A stretch of DNA of 64,000 nucleotides, taken from NCBI RefSeq assembly GCF_006345805.1, contig NC_043014.1:13206001-13270000 (forward strand). The letters run 5' to 3'. Origin of the DNA: Octopus sinensis (Eukaryota). Under the pieces are notes generated by a model, which worked only from the letters and a program-made list of their open reading frames with translations, was not told where the DNA came from and ran no database searches. How positions within the stretch are numbered: the first letter of the stretch is position 1; each line of letters opens with the position of its first letter. Position numbers and translations under genes: made by a program. This document shows, piece by piece, positions 21,865-35,189 of the stretch.

Positions 21865-22190
21865 ATAATCATCATCAACATCATCATTGTTTAACGTCCG
21901 TTTTCCATGCTAGCATGGGTTGGTCAGTTTGACCGGGGTCTGGGAAGCCAGGAGGCTGCACCAGGCTCCAATATGATCTGGCAGTGTTTCTACAGCTGGA
22001 TGCCCTTCTTAACTCCAACCACTCTGTGAGTGTAGTGGGTGCTTTTTACGTGCCACTGGCACAGGTGCCAACCGAGGCTGGCAACGACCATGATCGGTTG
22101 GTGCTTTTTACATGCCACCGGCACGGAAGCCAGTCAAGGTGGTGCTGGCATCGGCCACATTCGGATGGAGCATTTTACGTGCCATCGGCA
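21865..22190 (-). mobile_element. RTE 3' end fragment with ~3 units of the 61-bp repeat
   Basis: (CAT)n tail, TTTCCATGCTAGCATGGG and GTGCTTTTTAC anchors. Confidence 0.85.
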
Positions 22191-22357
22191 TAGGTATCAC
22201 AACTACAATTTCCATTTATCAATTTCATGTACTTAAACTATGTATGTTGTTAAACACTACAAAACTGCTATTTCATCTTTTGGAGACATACAGTTTTAAA
22301 TACTTCAAAGCTAAGCAAAATATAATCACTTCGGAAGTGTACGAGAGTGAAACTCAC

Positions 22358-22407
22358 TGATATTTCATGGCTATTCCCACTCATCAGTGCCACAAACTCC
22401 TCCCCTT
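22358..22407 (-). CDS. Candidate coding exon (50 nt)
   Basis: ttgcaattcattttag|AAGGGG...ATCA|gtgagt; open frame EGEEFVALMSGNSHEIS. Confidence 0.3.
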
Positions 22408-22584
22408 CTAAAATGAATTGCAATAATTGACGAAAGTATGTACACAAGTAGCAAACACCTATTTACTGATGTGAAAAAGTGCTGCACAGGTGGAACAAAA
22501 TTCAAATTTTGTGTTTCAAGCATACTTGATATGTATGTGCTGTTGAATGCTACAAAACTTCAGTATTTCAACTAAGGAATATCT

Positions 22585-22611
22585 ATCTGTCTATCTATCT
22601 ATTTATCTATC

Positions 22612-22677
<66 letters not shown>

Positions 22678-22680
22678 TCC
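22585..22680. repeat. (TATC)/(GATA)n microsatellite
   Basis: Direct reading. Confidence 0.95.
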
Positions 22681-23078
22681 CTTGATAGATATTCCTTAGT
22701 TTTTCAATAGGACAAAATTTATATTATTTGCTCTCAACCAAAGCAATACTACACATTAATATATATAATCTAGATAGATAGATAGATTTTATGTGGTCCT
22801 TGGTAATGACTAGTAAGAAAGTTACCGTTGATATCACATCTATTTATACTCTTAGCAATATAGGTGAGTCATCAGACCTGATGACTGAACAACGATTACA
22901 TAAAATATTACAGCTCAAAAAGTTTTAGAGCATACTTTTTTATGGAATTATGAACAACTCACTGATATACAGATATACATATAGATACACATACACACAC
23001 AAATACACACGTATGTGTATACATATATATTCATCTAAAATTTTTTATATATACATATAAAATATATATAATATATAT

Positions 23079-23124
<46 letters not shown>

Positions 23125-23492
23125 TGTAAAATTTTAATGTATTATATATATATATATAGCAATAAGAAAATGGAGGAGAACAATAGGTGGTTCATCAACT
23201 TTTAGATATTATATTATGTTAACTTATTAGGAATATATACATACACACACACACCACACACACATACACACACACACACACACATACATACACACACACA
23301 CACTTATATATACATATATAATAACTGAGATGCTGGAGCAGATTTCTGCTCCGACAACTCAGAGTTTTATTATGGCAACTGAATAAATGTCACATATTAT
23401 TTTTAAAGATAAATTCTTCTATTTACATAATAAAAAGGTCTCATTCATTCTTTTGTTGTCATACTATTACTACTAATATATATATATATATA

Positions 23493-23791
23493 TGGAGGCG
23501 CAATGGCCTAGTGGTTAGGGCAGCGGACTCGCGGTCGTAGGATCGCGGTTTCGATTCCCAGAGTGTTTATTGAGCGAAAACACCTAAAACTCCATGAGGC
23601 TCCGGCAGGGGGTGGTGGCGATCCCTGCTGTACTCTTTCGCCACAACTTTCTCTCACTCTTTCTTCTGTTGGCCTGCTCGCTTAGCCAGCGGGGTGGCGT
23701 CATTTCAAGGCTAAAACAATGCGAAGCGCATTGTGACCAGCGATGTGTAACAACATCTGATAGCCTGGTTGGTCACGGTGATCACAGTGAT
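23493..23791 (+). mobile_element. SINE family B
   Basis: tRNA-like head with A and B boxes; body matches 19126-19436. Confidence 0.88.
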
Positions 23792-23913
23792 ATATATATA
23801 TATATATATATAGGGAACAAATGATAAAAACAGCATTGTTTATTATAATTTTTCCTATATTTGCTTTGTTAATCACAACCAATAAAACAATTAAATACAG
23901 TTAATGACCACAC

Positions 23914-24018
23914 CTCTTTACTGGAAGTAGATTGGATGGTTGTACAATATATAGTGCTCTCAAATCACCAGTAGCAGTTATGCATCTATTTGTCCATACA
24001 GGATATAATATAGATATC
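23914..24018 (-). CDS. Candidate coding exon (105 nt, phase 2-2)
   Basis: ctacttgtccttacag|G...AGAG|gtgtgg; only open frame is ISILYPVWTNRCITATGDLRALYIVQPSNLLPVK. Confidence 0.3.
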
Positions 24019-24223
24019 CTGTAAGGACAAGTAGATTTATGTGTGTGTGTGTGTGAGTGGAGGGAGGGGGAGAGATGTTGTTGGTGGTACAAGAATTTTA
24101 AAATATTCAAGAGAACAGGAAATAACTTCTGTTTTTTTTTTTTAAACGGATCTCGAAAAGCATTAATTCTATAAACAACAGTATGTAAACATTAGGTTGA
24201 AAAACCCTTTTCGATAGGAAAAG

Positions 24224-24650
24224 TTGAAGGCTACCCACCCACACATACACCCACAGACACACATACACCCACTCATACATACACACACATACACACACTC
24301 ATACACACACACACATACACACTCACACACTCATACACACACACACAGACTCACACACAGACTCATTCACACACACTCATACTCACACACACACACACAC
24401 ACTCTCTCACACACACAAATACACTCACACACTCATACACACATACACACATACTCACATACATACACTTACACACATACTCACATACACAAACACACAT
24501 ACTCACACACAAACATACATACACATATATGCAAACACACAGTCACATACACATACATACACTTACACACATACTCACATACAAGACATATATTCACATA
24601 CACAAAACCACATATACACACACACAGCTTCATCTCACCAACACAATTTC
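24224..24650. repeat. (CA)-rich degenerate microsatellite
   Basis: Direct reading. Confidence 0.9.
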
Positions 24651-24898
24651 ACATTCATGTTACCTCATGAATGGTACATAATCCACAGGACGTGGGTAGT
24701 ATTTAAACATTATTCTAATTCATTTAAATTCATTTAAACATTATTCTAATGACACAATCAATCCTAGTTTATCATAAATATAAAAAACAGTATGCATGAC
24801 AATCATGCAGTGAACACTTTATATATGATGCCTAGTTGACATGCTGTAATTGCGAAATATTGTTTTCAGTGGTTTCATGTGACCACATCACATTTCAA

Positions 24899-25262
24899 AG
24901 GGAATGAAAAATAAAAACATATACCATCTAACAGCTGGACCAATAGTTTCAGACTTTTTTTAGCAAATAAAATAATTTGCTAGGCGAAGCCTTCTTCAGC
25001 CGGTACACCTTAGATTAAATATATATACACGAGGCAATCCAGTATATGCACCATATATAGAATGTATAAGCACAGGGCAATCTAGTATGTAGAATGAATA
25101 AGCATGGGGCATATACTGGATTGCTTCGTGTATATATATATATTTAATCTAAGGTGTACCTGCTGAAGAAGACTTCACCTAGCAAATTATTTTATTTGCT
25201 AAAAAAAGTTTGAACCATTGGTCCAGGAGTTAGATGGTAAATGTTTTTATTTTTCATTCCCT
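24899..25262. mobile_element. Foldback MITE with Kolobok-like termini
   Basis: TCAA|AGGG...CCCT|TTAA; inverted arms 24899-25049 and 25109-25262. Confidence 0.75.
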
Positions 25263-25473
25263 TTAAAATTTTATCCCTAATAATGGTTTGGAATTTAACT
25301 GTCCTCTCTAACATGCAGATAGTCCTATGATGGATACATCTTATGTGTTTAAATGTACACTGTATTTATATGAATAATATATAGTCTATTGACTAAACTT
25401 TTACACGCTAGGCAACTGGTAATGAAAATTTCTATTTCAGATAGATATTATTAATCATATATATATATATATA

Positions 25474-25486
25474 TATAATAATAATA

Positions 25487-25534
<48 letters not shown>

Positions 25535-25614
25535 GTGGGGTGGTGGTGGGGTGGTGGTGGTGGTGGTGGTGGTGGTGGGGGGGGGGGTGGTGGTGGTGGT
25601 GATGATGATGATGA

Positions 25615-25664
<50 letters not shown>

Positions 25665-25710
25665 AGAAGAAGAAGAAGAAGAAGAAGAAGAAGAAGAAGA
25701 AGAAGAAGAA
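25474..25710. repeat. Compound trinucleotide tract (TAA)(TGA)(TGG)(TGA)(AGA)
   Basis: Direct reading. Confidence 0.95.
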
Positions 25711-25802
25711 GGGTAAAATTAATCAATTAATTAATTAATAAATAATTAATAATTTTACCAAGTAGTTCGGCATGTTAAAAGAACCATTATTGATGTACTT
25801 AA

Positions 25803-26092
25803 ACAAAAATTCTCATAATTATGAGTATAATTATAATTAGGTTTCAGCAATGTGGTATTTGCATTTTTCATATCTATCTAACTCCGAAACGCGTCCACAG
25901 TTAATCTAAGCTGAGTGAATTCATTATTTTTTCCTCTTTGCCTACGTGAGTTGTTGAGCATTGTTGTCTGGGAGATTTTCTTATGGTAGAGAAATAGCTA
26001 GTTTTGGCAACCATTTCTAAATTTCAGTATGTGGTGAAGCAATTTTTTTTTGCTGAATTCCAAATTATACTCATAATTATAAGAATTTTTGT
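25803..26092. mobile_element. MITE with ~30-bp TIRs
   Basis: ACAAAAATTCTCATAATTATGAGTATAATT / AATTATACTCATAATTATAAGAATTTTTGT. Confidence 0.6.
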
Positions 26093-26374
<282 letters not shown>

Positions 26375-26375
<1 letters not shown>

Positions 26376-27219
26376 TAGCAGAATTGCCTGGCATTGCTCG
26401 GGGCTGAATTGCTTGAAAGTACTGTTAATGATTGCACTGAATTATGATGATTATTCAGGCAAATATTGATATAAGTTTACGGTGGGAGATAAGGACTTAA
26501 CGATCAAACGTGTGCCATTGCATTGTTTTGGGGGAACCAAATATCTGATGAGCATTATAGGGGCGCCAACTTGAAGTTTGAGAAAGTGTGGTGGTAGTCC
26601 GGGGTGCTCAAAGGAATTGAGTACCTCTATTGGATAGTTGATGACGTCCTCTGGGTCAGGAGTTGTATCGATAGACTGATATACATAGACTTCCCCAGGA
26701 ATGAGTTTTAGCATTTCATCATTAATATGGTGAACAGTTTTATTCCTCGGGGCCAGTATAGCCTTTTTGCCAATCCAATCCATATTCTGATAATTAGCTT
26801 GTAGATCTGGGAACACTGCATCTCTGAGATCAGATGGCGTCTTAACAAAGGTACAAATGGAATCGATGGCAATATTACCAGTTTCATCCCCTGGTATTTT
26901 GCCTTCGCCAAGTGCAAGGAGGGTGTGAGGAAATGCTGCTGATGTGATATTACGTCGCATATGAGCACGCATATTGGTGTGAAGTTTGAGAGTTACTTCC
27001 CTTTATTAAAAAAATATGCATTAAAATGGAAAAAATGATGGTAAATTATTTGTAAAATCGTAGACTCATTGTAGACGTGCGCTAATACCCAGAAGGGCTC
27101 GATATGAATCACGACTATAAGATACCCGGTTTTGGTTAAACTGCACCGCAAAATGTGGGAGTAGTTAGGAATCTAAATCGGAGTAGACAGACACACAACC
27201 TTTCTTTTATATATAAAGA
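26375..27219 (-). mobile_element. Helitron deletion derivative with a PIF1-type helicase fragment
   Basis: A|TC 5' end at 27219 and a hairpin plus CTAG|T 3' end at 26375. Confidence 0.85.
26451..26972 (-). pseudogene. Helitron RepHel helicase fragment
   Basis: AILAPRN..INDEML, GLPPHFLKLQVGAPIMLIR..CNGTRLIV, typical of PIF1-family Helitron helicases. Confidence 0.85.
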
Positions 27220-27220
27220 T

Positions 27221-27745
27221 TTTCGTCCTAAAAAACTTTGTATGGATTGAATGGTTACCTCTATGGAAATATATACACGCACATTATACATACATGTGTG
27301 TATAGATGAATATATAAATACATTTAAATATCTATATACACTTTTGGGCGATCTTTCTTTTTCTTAAAGATAACTTTAGATCTTATTTTCGTCCTAAAAA
27401 ACTTTGTATGGAGTGAATGGTTACCTCTATGGAAATATATACACACACGTTATACATACATGTGTGCATAGATGAATATATAAATACATTTATATATCTA
27501 TATACACTTTTGGGTGATCTTTCTGCTACTTAGAGATAACTTTATATCTTATTTTCGTCCTAAAAAACTTTGTGCGGAGTGAATGGTTACGTCTATGGAA
27601 ATATATACACACACATTATACATACATCTGTGTATAGATGAATATATAAATACATTTAAATATCTATATACACTTTTGGGCGATCTTTCTGCTACTTGGA
27701 TATACTTTAGATCTTATATTCGTCCTAAAAAACTTTGTATGAATT
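27221..27745. repeat. 166-bp tandem repeat, ~3.2 copies
   Basis: GTCCTAAAAA anchors at 27225, 27391, 27557 and 27722. Confidence 0.92.
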
Positions 27746-27794
27746 GAAAAAGAAAATGAATTGAAATTTTTAAGAAAGGAATTTGTTTACATAC

Positions 27795-27914
27795 ATGTGT
27801 GAAATGGCAAATGTTTGTGCAGTTGTCCGAAATGGAACCAGGGTAAATGTGTGGAACTGATGTATAATAATGAATAATCCTTCTTGTTGTGAATATTAAT
27901 TTGTTGAATATGAA
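27795..27914 (-). CDS. Candidate coding exon (120 nt)
   Basis: tcctttttgctacaccactggttttcag|TTC...CAT|gtatgt; two of three frames are open. Confidence 0.3.
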
Positions 27915-28452
27915 CTGAAAACCAGTGGTGTAGCAAAAAGGATGACCAGTCTGACTGGCTCATCCCTGTCACACACACTCACACACACGCACACGCACAC
28001 ACACTCACACACACGCGCACACACACACACGTTAGCTTACAATTTTATTTATATATTTGCATGTCTATGTGTGTAAAGAGGAAGTGGGAGTAATATGCAG
28101 AGTAAAGGCTTTGAAGTGAAATGGTAGTTCTCTCGAATTTTTTCTGAAATGGGGGTGAAATTGAAAGAAATTTTGTATGTCATGACCGAATGGAAGTACT
28201 TTGAAAAATCATAGGTAAACTCTAATTGAAGAAATTGTGTGAGGAGTAAATCGTTATGTATTTATTTGTTTCTGTTTGCTGTGTTTTTTTTTGAGTAGTG
28301 GTTTAAGGTACACTTGCAAAGAGAAGGTATGAGAAATTATGGTGATAGCATAAGTGATCCGTTTTATATAAATACTTTCACTTTAATCGTTGCACACTTG
28401 CAAAGAGAAAGGAGGAGAAATTAGGGTAATAGCATGAGTGAAGCAGTTCGCT

Positions 28453-28483
<31 letters not shown>

Positions 28484-28703
28484 CTGTAGCCCACACTAAG
28501 AAAAGCACTTCACTTACACACCACAATGTGAGTTTTCTCGAAATTTTGCTTAATTGGGGTTGAAATTTGAAAAACTGTACCTGGCACGACCTGATGTATT
28601 CTACTCTTAAAAATGCTAGGTAAATTGTAATTGAAGAAATCCTATATTGTAATTTCTATAAGAGACAAAGGGAGGCAGATAAAATCTGCCTTTTATAATA
28701 AGA

Positions 28704-29099
28704 CTAGCAATATCGCCCGGCGTTGCTCGGGTTTTGTAAGGGAAATAACTATATAAGCATTTTTAGAGAGTTATAGCCAAAAAATAGCAAAAAAATGCAT
28801 TAAAAATTGAAAAAAAAATTAAGGTAAATTTTTTTTAAATCGTTGACACATCGTAGATATTTTTAGAGAGTTACTTCCCTTATATAAAAGCGAAAAAAAT
28901 GCATTAAAATGGAAAAATATGATGGTAAATTTTTTTTAAATCGTAGACTCATCGTAGACGCACGCTAATACCCAGAAGGGCTCGATATGAATCACGACTA
29001 TAAGATACCCGCTTTTGGTTAAACTGCACCGCAAAATGTGGGAGTAGTTAGGAATGTAAATCGTAGGAGACAGACACACAACTTCACTCTTATATAAGA
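28704..29099 (-). mobile_element. Non-autonomous Helitron, family HelA
   Basis: A|TC 5' end; CCCGAGCAACGCCGGG hairpin and CTAG 3' end. Confidence 0.85.
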
Positions 29100-30254
29100 T
29101 GCTTTTTTTTTTCAGTCATAGAGTTAGATTTATGAAGGTCTTCAGTAAAAATCCTTCGAATTCTGACTCGCTGCTTGATATAATGAAATTCGTATCCATT
29201 TTTTGTCAGAATTACAAATTTTGAAAACACAATAGGAACAAATTTCGGAAAAAAATCTCCCATAATTCACGGAATTAAATTACACTTCGATTTTTGTACA
29301 AAACTGTAGTTGAAGTGTTTACGAAGTATAATACGTGTTTTCACGAATGTACTAAAGAGATTTACTCTGATATTCTCATTTAAATATGAATAGGTAAATT
29401 CGGGCGGCTTGGTAACTATATATAAGTGTCGTCTGTTTATACATAAACACTGGTTCATACTGCAATTATATATACATATATCTATATATAATATTATATA
29501 ATAAAATATATACAGAGTAAAATAAAAACCAATTTACCTTTTCTGTCCGTCCGTGTGTCTTTGCAAATGTGTTGGAATGATAAGTGAGTTGAGTTTTGGC
29601 GCCTTTTTTACTAATAACAAACACACACGTGTTTGTATGTAGTTGTATGTGTATGTAGTTGTGTGTAGTTGTATATGTATGTGTATGCGTGTGTGTGAGG
29701 AATGACACTCACGCACGCACACATGTACATCAATGCTTTCGGAGTGATATGTTAAAATATTGAGTTTTCTCGAATTTTGTCTTAATTGGTGGTAAAATTG
29801 AAAGAAATTTTTTATGGCATCACCCACTGAAGTACTCTGAAAAATCTTAGGTAAATTCTAATTGAAGAAATTGTGTGAGGAGTAATTGGTTATGTATTTA
29901 TTTGTTTCTGTTTGCTGTGTTTTTTTATTTTTTGAGTAGTGGTTGAAATACTTTCAGTTTATTCTTCCTCAAATCACTCTGTCGCTATTTACTTTCATTT
30001 TATTCGTTGCACACTGTGTGTGTGCGTTTGCGTGTGGTGTAAACCAGACTAAGAAAAGCATTTGACACACACACCAGAATGTGAGTTTTCTGTAAATTTT
30101 GCTTAATTGGAGTTTAAATTTTAAAAACTGGACCTGGCATGACGCGATGCATTGTACTCTTAAAAATGGTAGGTAAATTGTAATTGAAGAAATCCTATAT
30201 TGTAGATTTGTATAACTCCCAAAGGGAGGCAGATAAAATCTGCGTTTTATAATA

Positions 30255-30287
<33 letters not shown>

Positions 30288-30288
<1 letters not shown>

Positions 30289-30681
30289 TAGCAGTATCGC
30301 CCGGCGTTGCTCGGGTTTGTAAGGGAAATAACTATATAAGCATTTTTAGAGAGTTATAGCCAAAAAATAGCAAAAAAATGCATTAAAAATTGAAAAAAAA
30401 TTAAGGTAAATTTTTTTTAAATCGTTGACACATCGTAGATATTTTTAGAGAGTTACTTCCCTTATTATAAAAGCGAAAAAAATGCATTAAATGGAAAAAT
30501 ATGATGGTAAATTTTTTTTAAATCGTAGACTCATCGTAGACGCACGCTAATACCCAGAAGGGCTAGATATGAATCACGACTATAAGATACCCGCTTTGGT
30601 TAAACTGCACCGCAAAATGTGGGAGTAGTTAGGAATGTAAATCGTAGGAGACAGACACACAACTTCACTCTTATATAAAGA
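30288..30681 (-). mobile_element. Non-autonomous Helitron, family HelA
   Basis: Near-identical to 28704-29099. Confidence 0.85.
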
Positions 30682-31693
30682 TGCTTTTTTTTTCAGTCAT
30701 AGAGTTAGATTTATGAAGGTCTTCAGTAGAAAATCCTTCGAATTCTGACTCGCTGCTTGATATAATGAAATTCGTATCCATTTTTTGTCAGAATTACAAA
30801 TTTTGAAAACACAATAGGAACAAATTTCGGAAAAAAATCTCCCATAATTCACGGAATTAAAATTACACTTCGATTTGTGTACAAAACCGTATTTGAAGTG
30901 TTTACGAAGTATAATACGTGTTTTCACGAATGTACTAAAGAGATTTACTCTGATATTCTCATTTAAATATGAATAGGTAAATTCGGGCGGTTTGGTAACG
31001 AAAGGGTTTATATAAGTGTCGTCTGTTTATACATAAACACTGTTTTATAGTTTCAGTTTAGTCTTCCTCAAATCACTGTCGCTAATTTACTCTCTTCCAA
31101 GAACATTTTCACTCACTGTTATCTGTTAGCTTCCCATACATTTTACTCATGTATCTATCAGCGTGATAGACAGAAACAAATATTACATTTACTTTCATTT
31201 TATTCGTTGCCCACTGTGTGTGTGCGTTTGCGTGTGGTGTAAACCAGACTAAGAAAAGCATTTGACACACACACCAGAATGTGAGTTTTCTGTAAATTTT
31301 GCTTAATTGGAGTTTAAATTTTAAAAACTGGACCTGGCATGACGCGATGCATTGTACTCTTAAAAATGCTAGGTAAATTGTAATTGAAGAAATCCTATAT
31401 TGTAGATTTCTATAACTGACAAAGGGAGGCAGATAAAATCTGCCTTTTATAATAAGAGATTAATTTGTAATATTTTCATTTTAACCTACTTTCCAATTCA
31501 GTTAAATACTATTTGAAAATTGTGTACTGCTTTTATGAAATAAATTTGATACAACTAAATGGAAACTGAATGGAAACCCAATTATGTTGATAGCGAATCA
31601 ACATAACAAAACAATGCTTAATTTTACAAGTGAGATTATTAAAAAGCAAACCAGGTTCTGCTGTTACTTCTCAGTTGTGTGATTAGTCAAATG

Positions 31694-31921
31694 TTTCTTT
31701 ATTATCCACAAGGGGCCAAACACAGAGAGGACAAAGTAGGACAGACAAACGAATTAAGTCGATTACATCAACCCCAATGCATAACTGGTACTTAATTTAT
31801 CGAACCCGAAAGGATGAAAGGCAAAGTCGACCTCGGCGGGATTTGAACTCAGAACGTAACGGCAGATGAAATACGGCTACGCATTTCGCCGGCGGGCTAA
31901 CGATTCTGCCAGCTCGCCGCC
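31694..31921 (-). mobile_element. SINE family C
   Basis: Matches 47440-47690. Confidence 0.85.
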
Positions 31922-31991
31922 ATTTTGATTAGTCATAGCTGAATGCTCAGACATCAGCATATGTTTCCAAAATAAATACATCATTGTTATA

Positions 31992-32248
31992 ATAAAAAAA
32001 TGCGCCCTTTTAAAGCCTAGCCAGGCTCATGGGCCTGGTTTCCCCAGTTTCAATGGCATCTGTGTTACCCAGCTGGACGGGACACCAGTCTATCGCAGCG
32101 TTACTCATTTTTGCCAGCTGGGTGGACTGGAGCAATGTGAAATGAAGTGTTTTGCTCAAGAACACAACGCGTTGACCGGTCCAGGAATCGAAACCACAAT
32201 CTTACGATCATGATGGTGACACCCTAACCACTAAGACACGTGCCTCCA
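31992..32248 (-). mobile_element. tRNA-derived SINE family D (V-SINE-like central domain)
   Basis: Head TGGAGGCACGTGTCTTAGTGGTTAGG..GGTTTCGATTCC; GCGATAGACTGGTGTCCCGTCCAG resembles the V-domain as recalled. Confidence 0.7.
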
Positions 32249-32725
32249 CCATTGTTATCAACATGAAAAAATATATATAAAATGACAAAACTCTCAATGA
32301 ATGTAAAATGACATGGCTGAATATTTCACTAGTGAATGGTCCCTGTGAGCATTTTTGACATCATCGTTTTAATGTCCATTTTGATGTCCATGATTGCATG
32401 TGTTGGATGGAATTTGTTCAGGAGGATTTCCTACTGCCACACTGCCTTCCTGTTAATCCTTATCTGTTTCCACTTAAGGTCATATTTCCCCCATGACTAG
32501 ATAAATCTCAGAAGATTGAAAACAAGGAACACTGCTAGCATAATGGTGACACATACTTACAACAATCACACATTTCAAGGCAAGGAGACAGTAACACACA
32601 TACATGTCCACACACGCACACACACACACACACACGCACACACACACACACACACCTATTATTATTGGAGCAACAGGATGCATGTCAACTTATCTGGAAT
32701 AAAATGTGGCTGAATTTTCGTTCTT

Positions 32726-33135
32726 AGGGAGTGGCTGTGTGGTAAGTAGCTTGCTTACCAACCACATGGTTCTGGATTCAGTCCCACTGAATGGCATTTT
32801 GGGCAAGTGTCTTCTACTATAGCCTCGGGTTGACCAAAGTCTTGTGAGTGGATTTGGTAGATGGAAACTGAAAGAAGCCCGTCGTATATATGTATATATA
32901 TATATGTATGTGTGTGTGTGTGTACGTGTTTGTGTGTCAGTGTTTGTCCCCCTAACATCACTTGACAACCGATGCTGGTGTGTTTCCATCCCTGTAACTT
33001 AGCAGTTCAGCAAAAGAGACCAATAGAATAAGTACTAGGCTTACAAAGAATAAGCTCTGGGATTGATTTGCTCAACTAAAGGCGGTGCTCCAGCATGGCC
33101 ACAGTCAAATGACTGAAACAAGTAAAAATAAAGAG
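32726..33135 (+). mobile_element. SINE family A
   Basis: Full-length match to family A. Confidence 0.88.
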
Positions 33136-33156
33136 TATACAACAAATGATAACAAT

Positions 33157-33345
33157 GTGAGCTGGCAGAAACATTAGCACGCAGGACAAATTGCATGGCA
33201 GTATTTTGTCTGTCTACATGTTCTGGGTTCAAATTCTGCTGAGGTCGACTTTGCCTTTCATCCTTTCGGGGTTAATAAATTAAGTACCAGTTGTGTACTG
33301 GAGTCAATCTAATCAACTGGCACCCTCCCCCAAAATTTCAGGCCT
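33157..33345 (+). mobile_element. SINE family C
   Basis: GAGCTGGCAGAAAC..GGTTCAAATTC..GTCGACTTTGCCTTTCATCCTTTCGGGG. Confidence 0.8.
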
Positions 33346-33764
33346 ACAAGACCTTCTTAAGTTTTAGTGGATGACGAACAAAAGAAGAGGTTTTCTTTTA
33401 GAACTTTACGACCAAGTAGGTGGGGGTGAGCGTGGGGGTCATCAAAATTTAGTCAGAAATTAAAAAGAGAAAGAGAAGAATACACACAAACACACACACA
33501 TGTACATATGTACGAACATGCATACATACATATATACATACCTACTTACATACATACATACTTACATAATACATACTTACATGTGTAAGAAGGCATGCAT
33601 AAAACAAAACACACAAATCTGCACATATACATACGTACATAAAAAAAATACCCAGTTGATCTTGTTGAAATTCCAATGAAAGAGACTTGGACCTAGTTTA
33701 GAATCTGGCTCTTACTCTATTGACAAGAAATCTTGAAATAAAACTGAATAATGACATACAAGCA

Positions 33765-34518
33765 TACATACATATATACATACATACATACATACATACA
33801 TACATGCATGCATGCATGCATGCATGCATGCATACATACATACATACATACATACATACATACATACATGCATGCATGCATGCATACATACATACATACA
33901 TACATACATACATGCATGCATGCATACATACATACATGCATGCATGCATGCATGCATGCATACATACATACATACATACATACATACATGCATGCATACA
34001 TACATACATGCATGCATGCATGCATGCATGCATACATACATACATACATACATGCATGCATACATACATACATACATGCATGCATGCATACATACATATA
34101 TACTTACATACATACATACATACGTACATACATGCATGCATGCATACATACATACATACATACATACATACATACATGCATGCATGCATGCATGCATGCA
34201 TACATACATACATACATACATGCATGCATACATACATACATACATGCATGCATGCATACATACATATATACTTACATACATACATACATACGTACATACA
34301 TGCATGCATGCATACATACATACATACATACATGCATGCATGCATGCATGCATGCATGCATGCATACATACATACATACATACATGCATGCATGCATACA
34401 TACATGCATGCATGCATGCATGCATGCATACATGCATACATACATACATACATGCATGCATGCATGCATGCATGCATACATACATACATACATACATACA
34501 TACATACATACATACATA
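33765..34518. repeat. Interleaved (CATA)n/(CATG)n satellite, ~750 bp
   Basis: Direct reading; 168-bp internal duplication (TACTTAC at 34101 and 34269). Confidence 0.95.
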
Positions 34519-35189
34519 CAAAAATGACATGTTAATGTTGTTGAAATTCCAATGAAGGAGGCTTGGATCTAGTTTAGAAACTGTTTTTTTTTTCTATTGG
34601 CAAGAAATTCTGAAACAAAACTGAATAATGACATACATACAATACAATTCTTTCAGTTGCCATCACCCAAGTTCATTTGCAAGGCATGGCTTGGCCTAGG
34701 CTTATAGTAGAAGAAACTTGCCCAAGGTGCCACTGCACAATGGAACTGGAATTGAAGCCATGTGCATGTGAAGTAAACCTCTCACACCACAGCCATGCTT
34801 GCAGTCCTGGTAATGAAAAGAAACACTCCCATTAAAAGAAAGAAGGAAAAACATAAATAGTTTTGTTGTCAGGACAGTCCACTAGCTACATTGTAAAATT
34901 GTTTTGGTGCAATACAGCACTGTGTTGGCAATGTGTCATTATGACAATGTCTTAAGAAGGTTGTGTTAGGATATCATGTGTGGAGGATTGTGTTATGACA
35001 TTGTGTTTGGAGGGTTGCTTTATGACATTGAACTATGATATTCTGTGATGTAATTTTATTCTTTGGATGAAAAGTTGTGTGTGTGTGTGTGTGTGTGTTC
35101 TTTTATTATTTTATTTGTTTCAGTTATTTGATTGGGGCCATGCTGGAGCACACACACACACACATGTACATACTTATGTATACATATGT

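Larger units (their letters stand above)
28030..31459 (-). repeat. Locally duplicated Helitron-rich array (HelB-like segments with 5' ends at 28703, 30257 and ~31459)
   Basis: TCTTATTATAAAAGGCAGATTTTATCTGCCTCCC repeated three times; 29100-29452 is duplicated at 30682-31045; 29990-30257 is duplicated at 31190-31458. Confidence 0.75.

Noticed and set aside
33698-34555. Long ORFs such as MYVCMHAC.., YIYIYI.., ERERER.. and THTHTH.. (also 4048-4578, 24224-24670, 26089-26469, 45278-47033)
   Set aside because: Translations of stop-free microsatellites with no coding signal.
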